Below, in pieces: positions 1 through 13,985 of a DNA stretch of 64,000 bases (positions are counted from its first letter, which is position 1; each line of letters starts with the position of its first letter). This DNA is from Felis catus (lineage: Eukaryota): positions 189,908,001 to 189,972,000 of the forward strand of contig NC_058368.1 in assembly GCF_018350175.1 (NCBI RefSeq), read 5' to 3'. The notes under the pieces were generated by a model. It saw only the letters and a program-made list of their open reading frames with translations, was not told the origin of the DNA and ran no database searches. The position numbers and the translations under genes are program-made.

Positions 1-125
1 TGAGTCTGTGGAAGGCAGAACAATAATTCTCTCCATAAGAAAGGAAACCAACTTTGTGGGAACTGTTTAAATGATTTGCCCAATGTCTCATGGCTTCCAG
101 AACCAGGATTAGAACCCAGTCCTTC

Positions 126-371
126 TTTTAGAAAAAAAAAAATTTAATGTTTACTTATTTTTGAGAGAGAGAGAATACAAGCAGGGGAGGGGCAGAGAAA
201 GAGGGAGACACAGATCTGAAGCAGGGTCCAGGCTCTGAGCTGTCAGCACAGAGCCTGATGTGGGGCTCGAACCCACAAACTGTGAGATCATGACCTGAGC
301 TGAAGTCAGACACTTAACTGACTGAGCCACCCAGGTGCCCCCTTAACTGACTGAGCCACCCAGGCGACCCC
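126..371 (-). mobile_element. Can-SINE inserted in a MIR remnant, with duplicated head
   Basis: Reverse SINE body. TSD TAGAAC(C/T)CAGTCCTTC at 110-125 and 372-387. Confidence 0.9.
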
Positions 372-449
372 TAGAACTCAGTCCTTCCAATGCCAAGTCT
401 AAGTATTTTCCACTCTACCACCTTGCTTTGCTATGTTTTAAAGGAACAA

Positions 450-960
450 ACTAGATAGCTGTTGTTTTTGCCTGCCCAGCATCCCTCTTTCTGTCTTATG
501 GCAATGGCATCCCAACTGTCTTTCCCCCACCAGACCATTTGGTTTATGTGGAGAATACCCTATCTGACATTTGTTCCAGGGTAAGCACATGGTCAAGACC
601 ACGCTAGTGTCTCAGTGTGAGTTAGAAAAAGGCCCCCTCTCCTGCAGACATAGTTGTGCACCGGGCAGAGGTTTGGTAAGTGTTCTCCACACTGGATTTA
701 AACCTCTGCTTGTCCTCTCTGTAGTGACCAACCTGCACAAATATGATGACCTCACCAATAACTGAGACCTTCCCAGTAAGGTTCAAAGATGTGCACCTAA
801 CCTAAGCCAGGTCATTGAGACAGTCTGACATTCTGCTAGAATGACTACGAAAATCAGATTCTCTTCCTATTAGAAATGCTATACTGGTGATCACATTGCC
901 TTCAAGACAAAAGAGGCTGCCCATTGATTAGGCCTATACAAAAGGAAAAAATCTGAAAAA
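450..960. mobile_element. Old ERVL-class LTR remnant (LTR16-like)
   Basis: Segment gatagctgttgtttttgcctgcccagcatccc... resembles LTR16. Visual recognition only. Confidence 0.35.
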
Positions 961-3149
961 TACAGAAAACAACTTCTGATGACATTGAGTTGAGCATTGC
1001 GCTTAGAGCCAGTGCTCAGAGTGCTGCTCCTAGACCCTTACAAGTTCCTGGAGAGCAGGGACCTTGCTTAATATTTTTCAAAGCTGTATCCTCTGTGCCT
1101 GGAATAGTGCCTGGCACATAAGAAGCAATCAATAAATAACTGCTGAAAGATTAAGCCAGTAAGTTCCTTTTTTGTATATGAACTTGGGTTTTTAGAAGCC
1201 TCAATTCATTGGGGGGTGTAAATAAATAACTTCTTTTTTCCCAATAACCGCTCTCTCACCTTCTCCTTTATTCATGGTTAGCAATTCCCTTAAAGAATCT
1301 TGGCCAGATCCCATACTTCCCAGTAGGTGAAATGTATTAATGTTGGTATTAAAACATTGGTCAAGAGCACTGTGCTCCTCCAAATGCAGGCCAACTCTCT
1401 CCCTCTCAGTCCTATTCTTCTATCAACTCAGTGCGAAGAGGTGATTATAGCAGGCCTGGTTCTGGCTTCTTTAGCAAGCCCTTCAGGGAGGTAGCTAGCT
1501 TAGTAGGGGCTTATGAAACTTAGAGGTGGGCTACTTCACACTTAATGTTCTCAGCTTTGGGCCTTTGGTATAATTTAAGAACAACAGGAAAAATCACACC
1601 CAACATCTTATTTAGCAGTTTGAGTTGGATCAAAAGCAATTCACATAGGTGAGATGAACTTGAAAGAGAATAGGATGACCTTTGGATAAATTCAGGAGTA
1701 TGAGTAATACATGCAAGGTAGACTGAGGTACGTGAGGAGACTGACAAAGAGATGGAACGTACGGAGTGGAAAACAAACTATAAGAGACAACATCAGACTT
1801 GAGGATATCAGGCACGAGGTAAGGACTTTAGCCTTGCTCTATCTAACAGTGTTTTAGGAAAATTAATCTGGCTATGGCATGAAGGGTACATGAAAGGAAA
1901 AAAAAAAAAAACCCAGGGGAAGCTAGGCCAACAGAGAATCTATTTTAACACTTCAGATATGCAGTGCTGACTAAAAGGAAGACAGGGATGAAGAAACAGA
2001 AAAGAATTTGGCATTCATAAAATGTTCTGAGGTCCTAAATCACAAAGATCTTTAATCCTTTTTAGAAAAGCCAAGGCATTAAGATATCTTTAAATAATTA
2101 CAGATATTATTATTGATACAGAGACAGAATCATGTTCAATGAAGTATAAATTCCACCATATAACTAGGAGTTATTTATAGGGCTGCATCTTGAATGTTCC
2201 ATGATGATTTGGCCCTGAATGGGCCATAAGTTGGTAGTGAGTTGATACAGGCAGATATATTTCAATTTATTTTTTTCCAGTGACTGGGCTGCTTTACTGA
2301 AGAAAAGAATTTGAAATCTTCATGCCTATCTAAAAGTGGAATCTGGAATGTGAACTGACTTTCTATATAGCTTACACTGTTACTCATTCTTAAGTGATGG
2401 AAATTAAAGGTAAAAGAAAATCCAGTAAGTAATTTGCTTAGGAAGGATTATTTCCTAATCTGAGTTCAATGAGATCTTCTTTTTCATTTTAACAAAGGAA
2501 AAAAAAACCTGCATAAAAAATACTGCTACCCATGCTTAATTTTTATTACTGGTTCTGGCTAATTGGGGATCAAAAGTGGTTCCTAGAACACTCATACCTC
2601 TAAATATTTCTGACATAGCTTGCCTCTGTTTCTGTGGAGAAACATAACATTGGGAAGAGAATTCAAAGGATTTCAGAGACTGAACCACACTGCATCACTG
2701 ACACTGCATGCATTTATACCATTTAAGGAAATCTTTTCTCTCTGTGATATTTTGTTTATGAAGATCACTACTTAAGAACATGTTCTTAGGCAAAATCTCA
2801 CAAATTATTTCCCTCTTTGACTCATCTTAGATGCAGTCTGGAAGTTACCTTCCTCTTTAAATTACTACATTTAAAAGTACAATTCTGTAATTATAGATTT
2901 TTATGATGAGTAACTGCAATATAAATTAGGATCAGAGTAACTCTCTATATAAATATAACCAAAGTATCTTCACTCCTGAACTATATTTAGGCTTTGTTTT
3001 ATACATGTTTGAAGATGAACATCATCTTTTCCATTTCCACACTGAATTTGGGCCAGATTTATCTTCATTTTCCCAGTCAACAGGCTTAGAATCCAAAATT
3101 GGGAATCATCGTTGGCTCTTCTCTGTTTTCCTCCAATAATAATGGTTAA

Positions 3150-3370
3150 AATGTTTACTAGATGCCAGATTATTTATTGAGCCCTTTACATAGAGCATTT
3201 AATAATATACTCCAAACAGTTCTCTTAGGTATATATTGTTGTTTATCCCCCATTTTATAGCCTTATAGAGATTAAATTATTTGCCCAAATCACATAGCTA
3301 GTAAATGGCATAGCCAGGATGGAAAGCCAGAAATGTAATGCCAGAGTTTATGTTCTTAACCAATTTTTCT
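3150..3370 (-). mobile_element. MIR
   Basis: Reverse MIR core: atccccattttatag...ttaaattatttgcccaaatcacatagctagtaaatggc...gttcttaacca. Confidence 0.75.
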
Positions 3371-3604
3371 ACAATGCCTCCTAATAACATCATAACATTG
3401 GTTTATAGATTTATCCATTCCATTACTTATTAATTTATTTATTCATTGCACAATACTTCTTAAGCAGTCATTCTACAGACACTGTAGAAGTTGCTAGAAA
3501 TTAAGAAAAGGTCCCTACACTAACAATTTCAGGAGAAAAACATGTTAACAAAAAATTAAAGTATATTACAAATGTTTAACAAATGCTATTTTCATTCCTT
3601 CTAT

Positions 3605-4125
3605 CAATTTGGATGCTTCTTGTTGCAAATAACTAGGAGCCTGAATAATAGAAGCTTAAACAATACAAAAATTTACTTATATCCTACAGGGAAATTGAGT
3701 TTGGCAGTTCCAGGGCCCCTGCAGTGGCTCAATGATGCCATCGGGATTGGAACACTTTTAATACTTCTGCTTTACTGTCCACACCATATCAGAGAGATCT
3801 CTCCTCATGTTCACAAAATGGCTGCCATAGTACCAGACATCACGTTCTCACACTATAACATCTAAAGTGGAAAGGAAGTGATGAACACAAAAAAACTTTC
3901 TTTGTACATCTGCTCTCTTTTCTACTAGGGAAAATGGTTTTCCTCAGAAGCATCCAATAGACTGCTCCTTATGTCTCAGTGGAGAACCTGGGTCACGTGC
4001 TCACCTCTATACCAAGCTCAAGTAAGGGAACAGTACTTGGGACAGTGTCTTCTAAACAAAAGCAGGGTTTTGTTAGTAAGGAAAAAGGGAGAATGGTGGA
4101 AAAGTAGGCAATCGATAGTGTTTAC
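3605..4125. mobile_element. Old MaLR/ERVL LTR (MLT1-like)
   Basis: ttgttgcaaataac...gcttaaacaa...aaatggctgcc...ggtcacgtgctcacc motif order typical of old MLT1 LTRs. Confidence 0.5.
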
Positions 4126-4804
4126 CATATCCTTTTTCTAATATGAATGCCAAAACAGAGGTATATAGAAAGTGCTGTGAAAGAATAGATTAAAAAAATA
4201 TTTTATTCTACCTATGAGATCTAGAGATAGCTTTTTTAAGGAATTGTACATTTCAGCTGAGTCTTGAAGGGTAGATGGAAGTGTACCAGACAAAGAACCA
4301 GCATCTCAGAATATCAGAGATAACAGACCTTAAAGAATATTAGAAAAAATTACACTGAACATGTACATCTCCTTCACAGTATTTTCCAATTCTGCCTCAT
4401 TTCTTTCTATGACCTCTGCCTCTAGTCAAGTCAAAACCAACAGTTCTTGGCCTCTTTGCTTTGGCCAATAGTGATTTTATGTGGTAGGAGGTCCAAGATA
4501 ATAAAAATGCAAGAACCACATTTTTGCCAGCTGACCAAATGCTCTTTTGACCAAATAAGATAATAAAGGACACAGTATGTACACTGTGAGGGACCTCAAA
4601 TATTTGTTCCTTTCCCAGCTACCTTTATTTCTCTTTCCATCTTTCTCTTTTGTTAATTATCTTCCATTCTTATTTCAGAGAATGAAAAAATTGAAAAGCT
4701 AGAATTTTGATTCTTCTGATAGTAATAAAATAGAAACTATAGGATACCATGTGATAGAGACCAAGGAGCCTCGCTTTTCGCTCTTTATTCAGGACAAAAA
4801 TTAT

Positions 4805-5120
4805 GTTACTAATCCTTTCTTATGTAACAAATTATCCTAAAACTTAGTGGCTTAAAACAATCATAAGTATGTATTGTCTCACATGGTTTCTGTAAGTCTG
4901 GAATTCAGGAGTAGCCTAGCTGGGTGGTTTTGGCTCAGGGTCTTTCACAAGGTTGCAATTAACATGCCAGCTGGGTGTGTAGTCATCTGGAGGCTCGAAT
5001 GGGACCAAATTATCTGCTTCCAACATAATTTACTTATGTGGCTGTTGGTGGGAAGTGGCAGTCCTCCCCACGTGGCCTCTTCATAGGGCTACTTGGTACA
5101 TGGAGGCGGGCTTCAGTAGC
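4805..5120 (-). mobile_element. MLT1-type LTR fragment
   Basis: tgtaacaaattatcctaaaacttagtggcttaaaacaa...tctcacatggtttctg...ggaattcaggag. Confidence 0.7.
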
Positions 5121-5139
5121 AGACAAAACACAGATCGTT

Positions 5140-6800
5140 AGATGGAGTTAGGATAAGTAAATATGAAGTGAGCTCCAGTCCTTATTTTACATCACATACA
5201 AAGGAAAATCACACACAATAAAGACCTAAATATGAAAGGTAAGACTATAGAACTTAGTGGAGGAAAATATAAAAGAATCCTTTGGAGAAACTTGAGGTGG
5301 GAAAATATTTTCATTTCCTTTTCCTTTTCCTTTTCCTTTTCCTTTCCTCTTCCCCTTTCCCTTCCCTTTCCTTTCCTTTATTTCTAGAGAAAGGGAGATA
5401 GTGTGTGAGTGGGGCAGAGGGGCGAAGGGAGGGAGAGAATCCCAAGCAGACTCCACGCTCAGCATGGAATCCAATGCAGGGCTCAATCCCACGACCCTGG
5501 GAACATGACCTGGGCCAAAATCAAGAGTCAGACACTCAACCAAATGAGCAACCCAGTTTCCCCAAGAAAATATTTCTTCAACAAGACTCTAAAAGCACAA
5601 GTTATAGGGTAAAAAAATGATGGATGCAACTGCATTAAATTAAGGATTCCTGTTCAACAGAGGATATCAGAGATAAATGAACAGATGGGTCACACACAAG
5701 AAGATATCTGCAATGTTTGAAGATCAATAATAAATAAGGGACTCCTGTGGATCAACATGGAAAAAGCAGGGAACAATAATAAAATGATAAATGATTTGAA
5801 TATGCAGTTATTAACTGAGAAGGCCAAAAGACTAGTAAGCTTATGATGAGATGCTCAGCCTTTCTAATGATCAGAGAAGTGCAAATCGAAACAATAAGAT
5901 ACTTCTATACTCCAATAAGATTGGCAAAATTTGTTGAATAAAACCAAGAGTTGGTAAAAAAGTAGAAAACAGGAAATCCTCGTGTGTGCCACTGTTATGA
6001 GTTTGAAGTCAAACAGACACCTGAGAGAGCAATCTGTTCATTAGTGAGGTGGTGTGTGTGCATTCCTAGAACCCAGAAATCCCACTCTTGGATGTGTCTG
6101 CACAGAAGATGTTGTACAGGTTTATGGGGGCATGTCCATGACAACACTGCTTGTGGCGGGAACTTGCCAGAGGCACCCTAGGAGTCCATCAGTAGAGCAA
6201 TGCAGAGGTAACAAGTGCTTGACAGAATCCAGAATTCAGGAGCTCAGAACCAGATGTACCTATATGGCATGGACAGATATTTCTACAGATTTTTCTGCTT
6301 CACAAGGGTAGAAAGTAGATCAGTAGTTTCCAGGAGCTGGGGAAAGGAAAAATGGGGAGTAACTACTAATGGGTTTGAGGTTTCCTTTTGGGATAATGAA
6401 AATATGCCAGAATCAAATAGTGGTGATTGCTGCATACTAAAAAACACGTACTAAACATATTAAAAACATACTAAAAACTACTAAATTGTACACTTAAAAA
6501 ATAAGCTAAAAAATCAGTAAACACATCCACTGGAAAAAATACAGATAACCCAGAAGAAATTTTAAAAATTATGCTAAATGAAAAAAAGAAACAAATTGAG
6601 TCTGTATCTAAGATGATATGTGTAAATTAAAAAACAAATACATGTATCCACCACTGTATATCACTCAATGATACATATATAACCAAAGATACACTAACTA
6701 CATTAAAGTGGGTGCCTGGGGGATGGGGGTGAGGGAAAACAGAATTGGAACGGGAATAGAAAATGGTGAATAAAGAAGTGTCATAAAATAATAAAATAAA
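5140..6800 (+). mobile_element. Ancient L1M ORF2 3' part/3'UTR fragments, containing a minus-strand Can-SINE (~5310-5563) with a (TTTCC)n tail
   Basis: Degenerate L1 ORF2 C-terminal and 3'UTR motifs (aatgatcagagaagtgcaaatc; gtagatcagtagtttccagg...). Confidence 0.65.
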
Positions 6801-6824
6801 ACAGGAATAGGGACTTCAGTAGAC

Positions 6825-7320
6825 AGACTAATGCCCCTCTAAAGACATCCATGTACTATCATCCTAGGAACATATAATTACGTTACCTTATATGGCAAAA
6901 GGAACTTTGCAGATATGACTAAGTTAACGATTTAAAAACAGGGATATTATCGTAGATTATCTGGGTGAGCCCAATGTAATCATAAGGATACTTAAAAGAT
7001 GGCAAAGGAAGATAAATGAGCCAGAGAAGATGATGTAATGATGGAAGGCAGAGGGCATGGAAAGTCAGAGTGATGCATTTGCTGGCTTTGAAGACGGAAG
7101 AGGTCCATGAGCCAAGAAATGTGGGCAGCCTCTCAACAGTGGGAAAATCAAGAAACGGATTCTTCCCTAGAGCCTCCAGAAGGAAAGCAGCCTTACTGAC
7201 TTAGTTTTTGTCCCATGTGACCTACTTCAAATTTCTGACCTCCAGAACTATAAAGTAATAAATTTGTGTTGCTTTAAGTCATTAAATTTATGGCTCCAAC
7301 AGCAATAGGAAATTTACACA
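6825..7320 (+). mobile_element. MaLR LTR (MLT1D-like)
   Basis: tggcaaaaggaactttgcagat...agattatctgggtgagcccaatgtaatc...ctagagcctccagaagg...aataaatttgtgttgctttaag. Confidence 0.8.
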
Positions 7321-7611
7321 GGGACTTGCCCATAGCAAAGTTAATACTCTGCTGGAACTACAGAGAATAATGAACTCAACTATCTGTACTAAAGTCCAAA
7401 AAGAAAAAAAAAATGTCTGTCTCCCCCCATAAACAATTAGTACTTGGTTCATTCTGTATTTGTTCTAAGAATTAGCATGTGGTGGCAATTCTAAACCTTA
7501 AAAAATTCTAAAAATTTTTAAATGTAAGTTTAATCAAATTCATTTCACAATTTTGTAAGGATAAAAAGGTACCCCTTTCTCACCAGTTACTATGGATATT
7601 TGGTTCCTGTT

Positions 7612-8012
7612 TGTATTAACTGCTTGGGCTGCCATAACAAAAAACACAGGCTGGGTAGCTTAAAAAACAGACATTTATTTTCTCACAGTTCTGGAGGTTA
7701 GAAGTCCTAGATCAACTTCTGGCAGGGTTCACTCTTGGTGAGAGCTCTCTTTCTGGCTTATAGATAACTACCTTCTTGCTATGTTCTCATATGGCCTTTC
7801 CTAGGTGTGTTCTCAAAGAGGGTGGGCAAGAGAAGAGAGCTCTCTGGCTTCTCTTCTCATAAAGACACTAATCCTATTGGATCATAGTCCCAACCTTATG
7901 ACCTCATTTAAATTTATTTAGTTCTGTAGAGACCCTATCTCCAATACAGCCACACTAGGAGTTAGGGCTTCAGCATTTGAATTTTGGGAGTCACAAACAT
8001 TCAGTCTATAAT
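7612..8012 (-). mobile_element. MaLR LTR (MLT1A/B-like)
   Basis: gggctgccataacaaaa...cacagttctggagg...gacactaatcctattggat...gttagggcttcagcat. Confidence 0.8.
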
Positions 8013-8117
8013 ACCGGTTTAGTGGATCCATTTTAAGTAATCTTCTTAGGACATTTTTGTGACCTTAGACAGTGTTGTTATTAATTTAAATTTTCTGTTA
8101 AAAAGATAAGCTGTATA

Positions 8118-8342
8118 GGGGCGCCTGGGTGACTCAGTCGATTAAGCGTCTGACTTCGGCTCAGGTCATGATCTCGCGGTCTGTGAGTTCGAGCCCCATG
8201 TCGGGCTCTGTGCTGAGAGCTCAGAGCCTGGAGCCTGCTTTGGATTCTGTGTCTTCTCCTCTCTCTGCCCCTCCCATGTTCATGCTCTGTCTCTCTCTGT
8301 CTCTTAATAATAAATAATTTAAAATTTTTTAAAAAATTAAAA
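8118..8342 (+). mobile_element. Can-SINE (feliform type)
   Basis: GGGGCGCCTGGGTG head, (CT)n, AATAAA tail. TSD AAAAAGATAAGCTGTATA at 8100-8117 and 8343-8360. Confidence 0.93.
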
Positions 8343-8759
8343 AAAAAGATAAGCTGTATAAGAGAAGAGAAATCATTTGTTTTATCTTCTGTTATGTTCC
8401 CAGTACCTAGTACAGAGCTTAGCACATTTTAGGGGTTCATTAAATATTTGCTGAATTAACAAGTTAATCAATCAGTGAATGGAAACTCTCCTTTAGGCTT
8501 TTAGTCAGTGACTGGTAGCAACCACAGAAAAGAACAGAGCTCAAAACGTTCTGCTGCATATTCTCTCTTATGAAAAGAGAAAAGAAATGGAAATGTATTA
8601 GTTTCCAAGGCTGTTTTAACAAAGTACTGCAAACTGGGTGGCTTAAAACAGTGGAAATTTTTTCTCTCATGGTTCTGGAGACTAGCACTTTGAAATCAAG
8701 ATGGAGGCAGATTGATTCTTTCTGGAGGCTCTGTGGGAAAATCAGTTCAATACAGGACA

Positions 8760-9462
8760 TTTCTCCAACGTAGGCATAGAGAAGGCCAACAGGGGCACCT
8801 GGATGGCTCAGTTGGTTGAGCCTCTAACTTTGGCTCAGGTCATGATCTCGTAGTTTGTGAGTTTGAGCCCTGCACTGGGCTCTGTGCTGACAGCTTGGAG
8901 CCTGGAGCCTGCTTTGGATTCTGTGTCTCCCTCTCTCTCTGCCCCTGGCCCACTCACACTCTGTCTCTGTCCTCTCTTTCAAAAATAAATAGACATAAAA
9001 AACATTAAAAAAATTTTTAAAAAGAAGACATAGAGAAGGTCAACAGACACATGAAAAGATGTTCAACATCACTCCTCATCAGGTGAATACAATTCAAAAT
9101 TACAATGGAATATCATCTCACACCTGTCAGAATGACTAAGATAAAAAAACACAAGAAACAAGTCTTGGCAAGGATGTGAGAAAAAGGAAGTCTTTTACAT
9201 TACTGGTGGGAATGCAAACTGGTGCAAACACTGTGGAAAACAGTATGGAGGTTCCTCAACAAGTTAAAAACAGAACTACCCTACCATCCAGTAATTGCAC
9301 TACTGGGTATTTACCTAACAACAACAACAACAACAAAACAACAACAACAACAAACATGAATTCAAAGGGATATATCCACCCTTATGTTTCCTACAGATTT
9401 ATTTACAATAGCCATATTATGGAAGCAGCCCTTAACCATCAACAGATGAAACAAAAAGGTGT

Positions 9463-9503
<41 letters not shown>

Positions 9504-9945
9504 ACACACATAATGGAATATTATTCTTCCATAGAAAAGAATGAAATCTTGCCATTTTTAATGACATGAATGGAGCTACAGAGCATAATGCTAGGTAAAA
9601 AAGATAAATACCCTATGATTTCACTCATATGTGGAGTTTAAGAAACAAAACAAATGAGCAAAGAGAAAAAAAAGAAAGAAATAGAGACAAAACAAGAAAC
9701 AGACTCTTAATTATAGAGAACAAACTGGTGGTTACCAGAGGGGAGGTGGGTGAGGGGATGGGTTAAACAGATGGTGGGGATTGAAGAATACACTTCTCGT
9801 GATGAGCACTGTGTGATGTATGGAATTATTGAGTCACTACATTGTACACCTGAAAGTAATATAGCACTGTATATTAACTACACTGGAATTTAAAAATAAC
9901 AGTAATTTTAAAATAATACATAAAAAATAAAATAATAAAATCAAA
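8760..9945 (+). mobile_element. Carnivore L1 3' end interrupted by a Can-SINE (8792-~9023); contains (AAC)n and (GT)n microsatellites
   Basis: L1 ORF2 C-terminus, 3'UTR and A-rich tail. SINE flanked by CATAGAGAAGG(C/T)CAACA. Confidence 0.85.
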
Positions 9946-9975
9946 TAATCTCTATTTTAAGTAAGCATGATTTCA

Positions 9976-10099
9976 GGGGAACCTTGGTGGCTCAGTCAGT
10001 TGAGTGTGTGACTCTTGATTTCAGCTCAGGTCATGATCTCAGAGTCATGGCATCAAGCCCTGCCTCAGGCTCCCTGCTGAACATGGAGCCTGCTTGGGA

Positions 10100-10156
<57 letters not shown>

Positions 10157-10236
10157 CCCCTGTCCCTCCCCAGATCACACATGCACTCTTTCTCTCTCTC
10201 TAAAATAAAGACAATTAAATTTAAAAATTTAATAAA
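9976..10236 (+). mobile_element. Can-SINE with long (CT)n
   Basis: SINE head and (CT)n. TSD-like AAG(C/T)ATGATTTCA on both sides. Confidence 0.88.
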
Positions 10237-12081
10237 AAGTATGATTTCAGATAAATTTCTCTAAGTGTTTAAGTGCTCAGATAAATACATATTCAAAAAT
10301 ATGTGAGATTACATTTTATGAAATGTAATACAATTCATTAAATGTAAGTTCATTGAAACTATAAGGAGGACAAACTAGCTCAACTACTGAATTTCAAATA
10401 CATGTTTCCTTGTCCCAAGATGTAGCATTCCATAATATATTCCTTTAAGGTAAAGAAAAAGTTATTTAACTAAAGGATGAGACCATAAAAAAATAAAACA
10501 GATTGAAAGCGATAGTATGGGAAAAGGTATATGAAACAAACACTAACCATAAGAAAGCTGGAGAGGCTATATTAAAATAGACTTTAAGAAAATCACTAGA
10601 GGGGCACCTGGGTGGCTCAGTCAGTTAAGCATCTGACTTTTGGTTTCAGCTCATGTCATGATTTCATGGTTTGTGGGTCTGAGCCCCATGTCGGCTCCAC
10701 ACTATCAGTGAAAAGCCTGCTTAAGGATTCTCTCTCTGCCCCTCCTTCACTCACATTCTCTTTCTCTCTCAAAATAAATAAATTTAAAGAATTTTTTAAA
10801 AATAAGAAAATCACTAGAGACAGAGAAGAATATTTCATAATGATAACAGGGTCAATTAATCAAAAAGATACAGCAATTCCAAATAGCACCTAGCAAGAGA
10901 ACCCTGAAATATGTAAAGCAAAAATTGATAACTTTGAAAGGAGAAGCAGACTATTCAGGAATTATAGTTGGATATTTCAATATTTCTCTCTCACTGACAA
11001 TACTAATTCATAATACAACTAGACAGTAAATAAGAAAGGATATAGAATACTTGAGCAATACTATTAAACAACTAGAACACTCCACCCAGCAACAGTAGAA
11101 TATACATTCTTTTCAAGTACACATGAAAGATTCTCTAGAATATATCACACGCTAGGTGAAGGAACAAATCACAATACATTTATAAGGACTGAACTCATAC
11201 AAAATATGTTCTTTGGCCATAATGGAATTAAATTAGAAGCCAATAACAGAAGGAGATCCGGGAGATCTTTATATAGTTTGAAATTAAACAATATGCTTCT
11301 AAATAACTCATGGATCAAAGAAGAAATCACAAGAGAAATTGGAAAATATCTCTACTGCATGAACAAAAAATCGGGACATAGCAAAACTAATGGAACACAG
11401 GTAAAGCAGTACACAGAGGGAAATTTATAGCCTTAAATGCTTATATTAGGAAGGAAATGAGCTTTAAAATAACCTAAAAAAATTAACTAAGCTTTCAACT
11501 TAAGAAATTATAAAGGAAGAGCAAATCAAACCCAATGTAAGTAGAATGAAGGAAATAATAAAGACAATAGCAGAAATCAATTTTTCAAAAACCAGCAAAA
11601 CAATAGACAAAATCAATGAAACTGACAGTTTTTTGAAAAGATCTATGGAATTGATAAAATTTTAGTAAAATGACTACAAAAAAAGAGAAGAGATACAAAT
11701 TACCAAAATTAGGAATGAAAGAGAAACATTCTGAACCCTATAGAAATAAAAATATTACAACGTAATATTATAAATTATAAACAACTTTATTTCAATAATT
11801 TGACACCTTAGTTGAAATGAGCAAATTTGCAGACAGAAATGACAAATTGACTCAAGATGAAATATAGAATCTGAATGGACCAATATCAAGCAAAGACATT
11901 ACATTACTTAATTGAGTTACTAAACTACAGACCAATACCCTTCATGAATATAGATGTTAAAACTCTTAAAAGATCCAGTAAGGTATAAAAAGTATTATAC
12001 ATTATGACCAAGTAAGGTTTACCCAGATTAGCTTAACATTTGAATAGCACTTAATGTAATGCATATGTTAGCAGAATAAAG

Positions 12082-12300
12082 CAGGAGCCAGCAAACTACA
12101 GCCTGCAGACCAAATCTGGTGTCTTTTTTTCTGTAAATAAAGTTTTGTTGAAACATAATTATTCCCATTCATTTACATGTTGCCTATAATTGCTTTCATG
12201 CTACAAGAGCAGAGTTGATTGATTGCCACCGAGATCATACAGCTCACAACACCAAAAATACTTACTTTATGGTCCTTTCTGGAAAATGTTGCGGACTCTG
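12082..12300. mobile_element. MER58A-like hAT-Charlie MITE
   Basis: cagga..gcaaactacagcctgc...gtaaataaagttttgttgaaac...ggaaaatgttgcggactctg. 8-bp TSD GAATAAAG (12074-12081) and GAATGAAG (12301-12308). Confidence 0.8.
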
Positions 12301-13759
12301 GAATGAAGGAGTAAACAGTATGATCATCTCAATAGATATAGAAAATGCATTTGATAAAATCCAACAAACATTCATGATAGAGCTCTCAACAAACTAGGAA
12401 TAAAACATAACTTCTTTAATTTAATAAAAAGCAGCTACATAAAACCTACAACTAACATCATGCTTCAAGATGAAAGACAATGCTTCCCCCCAATATTGGG
12501 TACAAAGCAAGGATGTCCACTCTTGCCACTTCTATTTAACACTGGACTGTAGCTTCTAGCCTGTGCAACAGGCAAGAAAATATGAATATCAATATACAAC
12601 CAACTAGAAATGAAAGTAAGAAAATAATTACATTAACAACAGTTTAAAAAGTATTCAGGGATTTTAACAAAAGAAGTGCAGAACTGTAGACTGAAAGTTA
12701 CAAGACACTGTAAAGAAAAATTAAAAAAAAAAAAAAGAAAAAAAAAAGAAAAATTTAAGACCAAAATAAATGGAGATATGTCCCAAGTCTGCAAATTGGA
12801 AAACTCAATATTGTTAAGATATCTATTTTTCTCTGCAAGTGAATTGCAGAGATTCAATGCAACAGGCTGTGTGTGTGTGTGGTGAAAATTGATAAGCTAA
12901 TGTTAAAATCCATATGGAAATCCAAAAGACCAAAAATAGTTAATATGGTTTTTGAAAAGAACTAAGTTTGAGGACTTATTTGACTTAATTTCAAGATTTA
13001 CCATAAAACTGTAATGATTAAGACAGTGTGGCATAATACTTCTAGAGAAAAACATGACAGAAAAACCTTTTTAACTTTGGTTTAGGCAAAGATTTCTTAG
13101 ATATGATTAAAGGCATATTGATAGTTAGACTCCATCAAAGTTAAAAAACTTTTACTATTCAAAAGACATCATTAAGAATAAAAAATGGGGTGCCTGGGTG
13201 GCTCAGTTGGTTAAGCATCTGACTCTTGATTTCAGCTCAGGTCATGATCTCACGGTTTGTAGTTAAAGCCCTGCATCAGGCTCTGCACTGACAGTGCAGA
13301 GCCTGGTTAGGATTCTCTCTCTCCCTCTCCCTCTGCCCCCCCACCGCTCGTGCTCTCTCTCTCTTTCTCAAAAGTAAATAAACATTTAAAAAAAAGAATG
13401 AAAAATAAGAAGAATGAAAAGAAGCCACAGAGTGGAAGAAAATATTTACAAACATATATCTAATAAAGACTCTGTATCCAGAATATATTAAGAATCCCTA
13501 AAAAAAAAAAAAAAATCCCTAGGGGCTCCTGGGTGATCAGTGTCGGACATTGGCTTAGGTCATTATCTTGCAGTTTGTGAGTTTAAGCCCCACAGTGGGC
13601 CCTGTGCCGACAGCTCAGAGCCTGGAGCCTGCTTCAGATTTTGTGTCTCCCTCTCTCTCTCTGCCTCTCCCCCTGCCACACTCTCTCTCCCTCTTTCTCA
13701 AAAATAAATAAACATTAAAAAAATTTTTTTTAATCCCTAAACATTAAGAAAACAGCCGA

Positions 13760-13985
13760 GGGGCGCCTGGGTGGCGCAGTCGGTTAAGCGTCCGACTTCA
13801 GCCAGGTCACGATCTCGCGGTCCGGGAGTTCGAGCCCCACGTCAGGCTCTGGGCTGATGGCTCAGAGCCTGGAGCCTGTTTCTGATTCTGTGTCTCCCTC
13901 TCTCTCTGCCCCTCCCCCGTTCATGCTCTGTCTCTCTCTGTCCCAAAAATAAATAAACGTTGAAAAAAAAATTAAAAAAAAAAAA
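13760..13985 (+). mobile_element. Young felid SINE (SINEC_Fc-type)
   Basis: CpG-rich GGCGCAGTCGGTTAAGCGTCCGACTTCAGCCAGGTCACGATCTCGCGG. Perfect TSD AAGAAAACAGCCGA. Confidence 0.93.

Noticed and set aside
8118..8200. tRNA-like A/B boxes in SINE heads
   Set aside because: tRNA-derived Can-SINEs, not tRNA genes.
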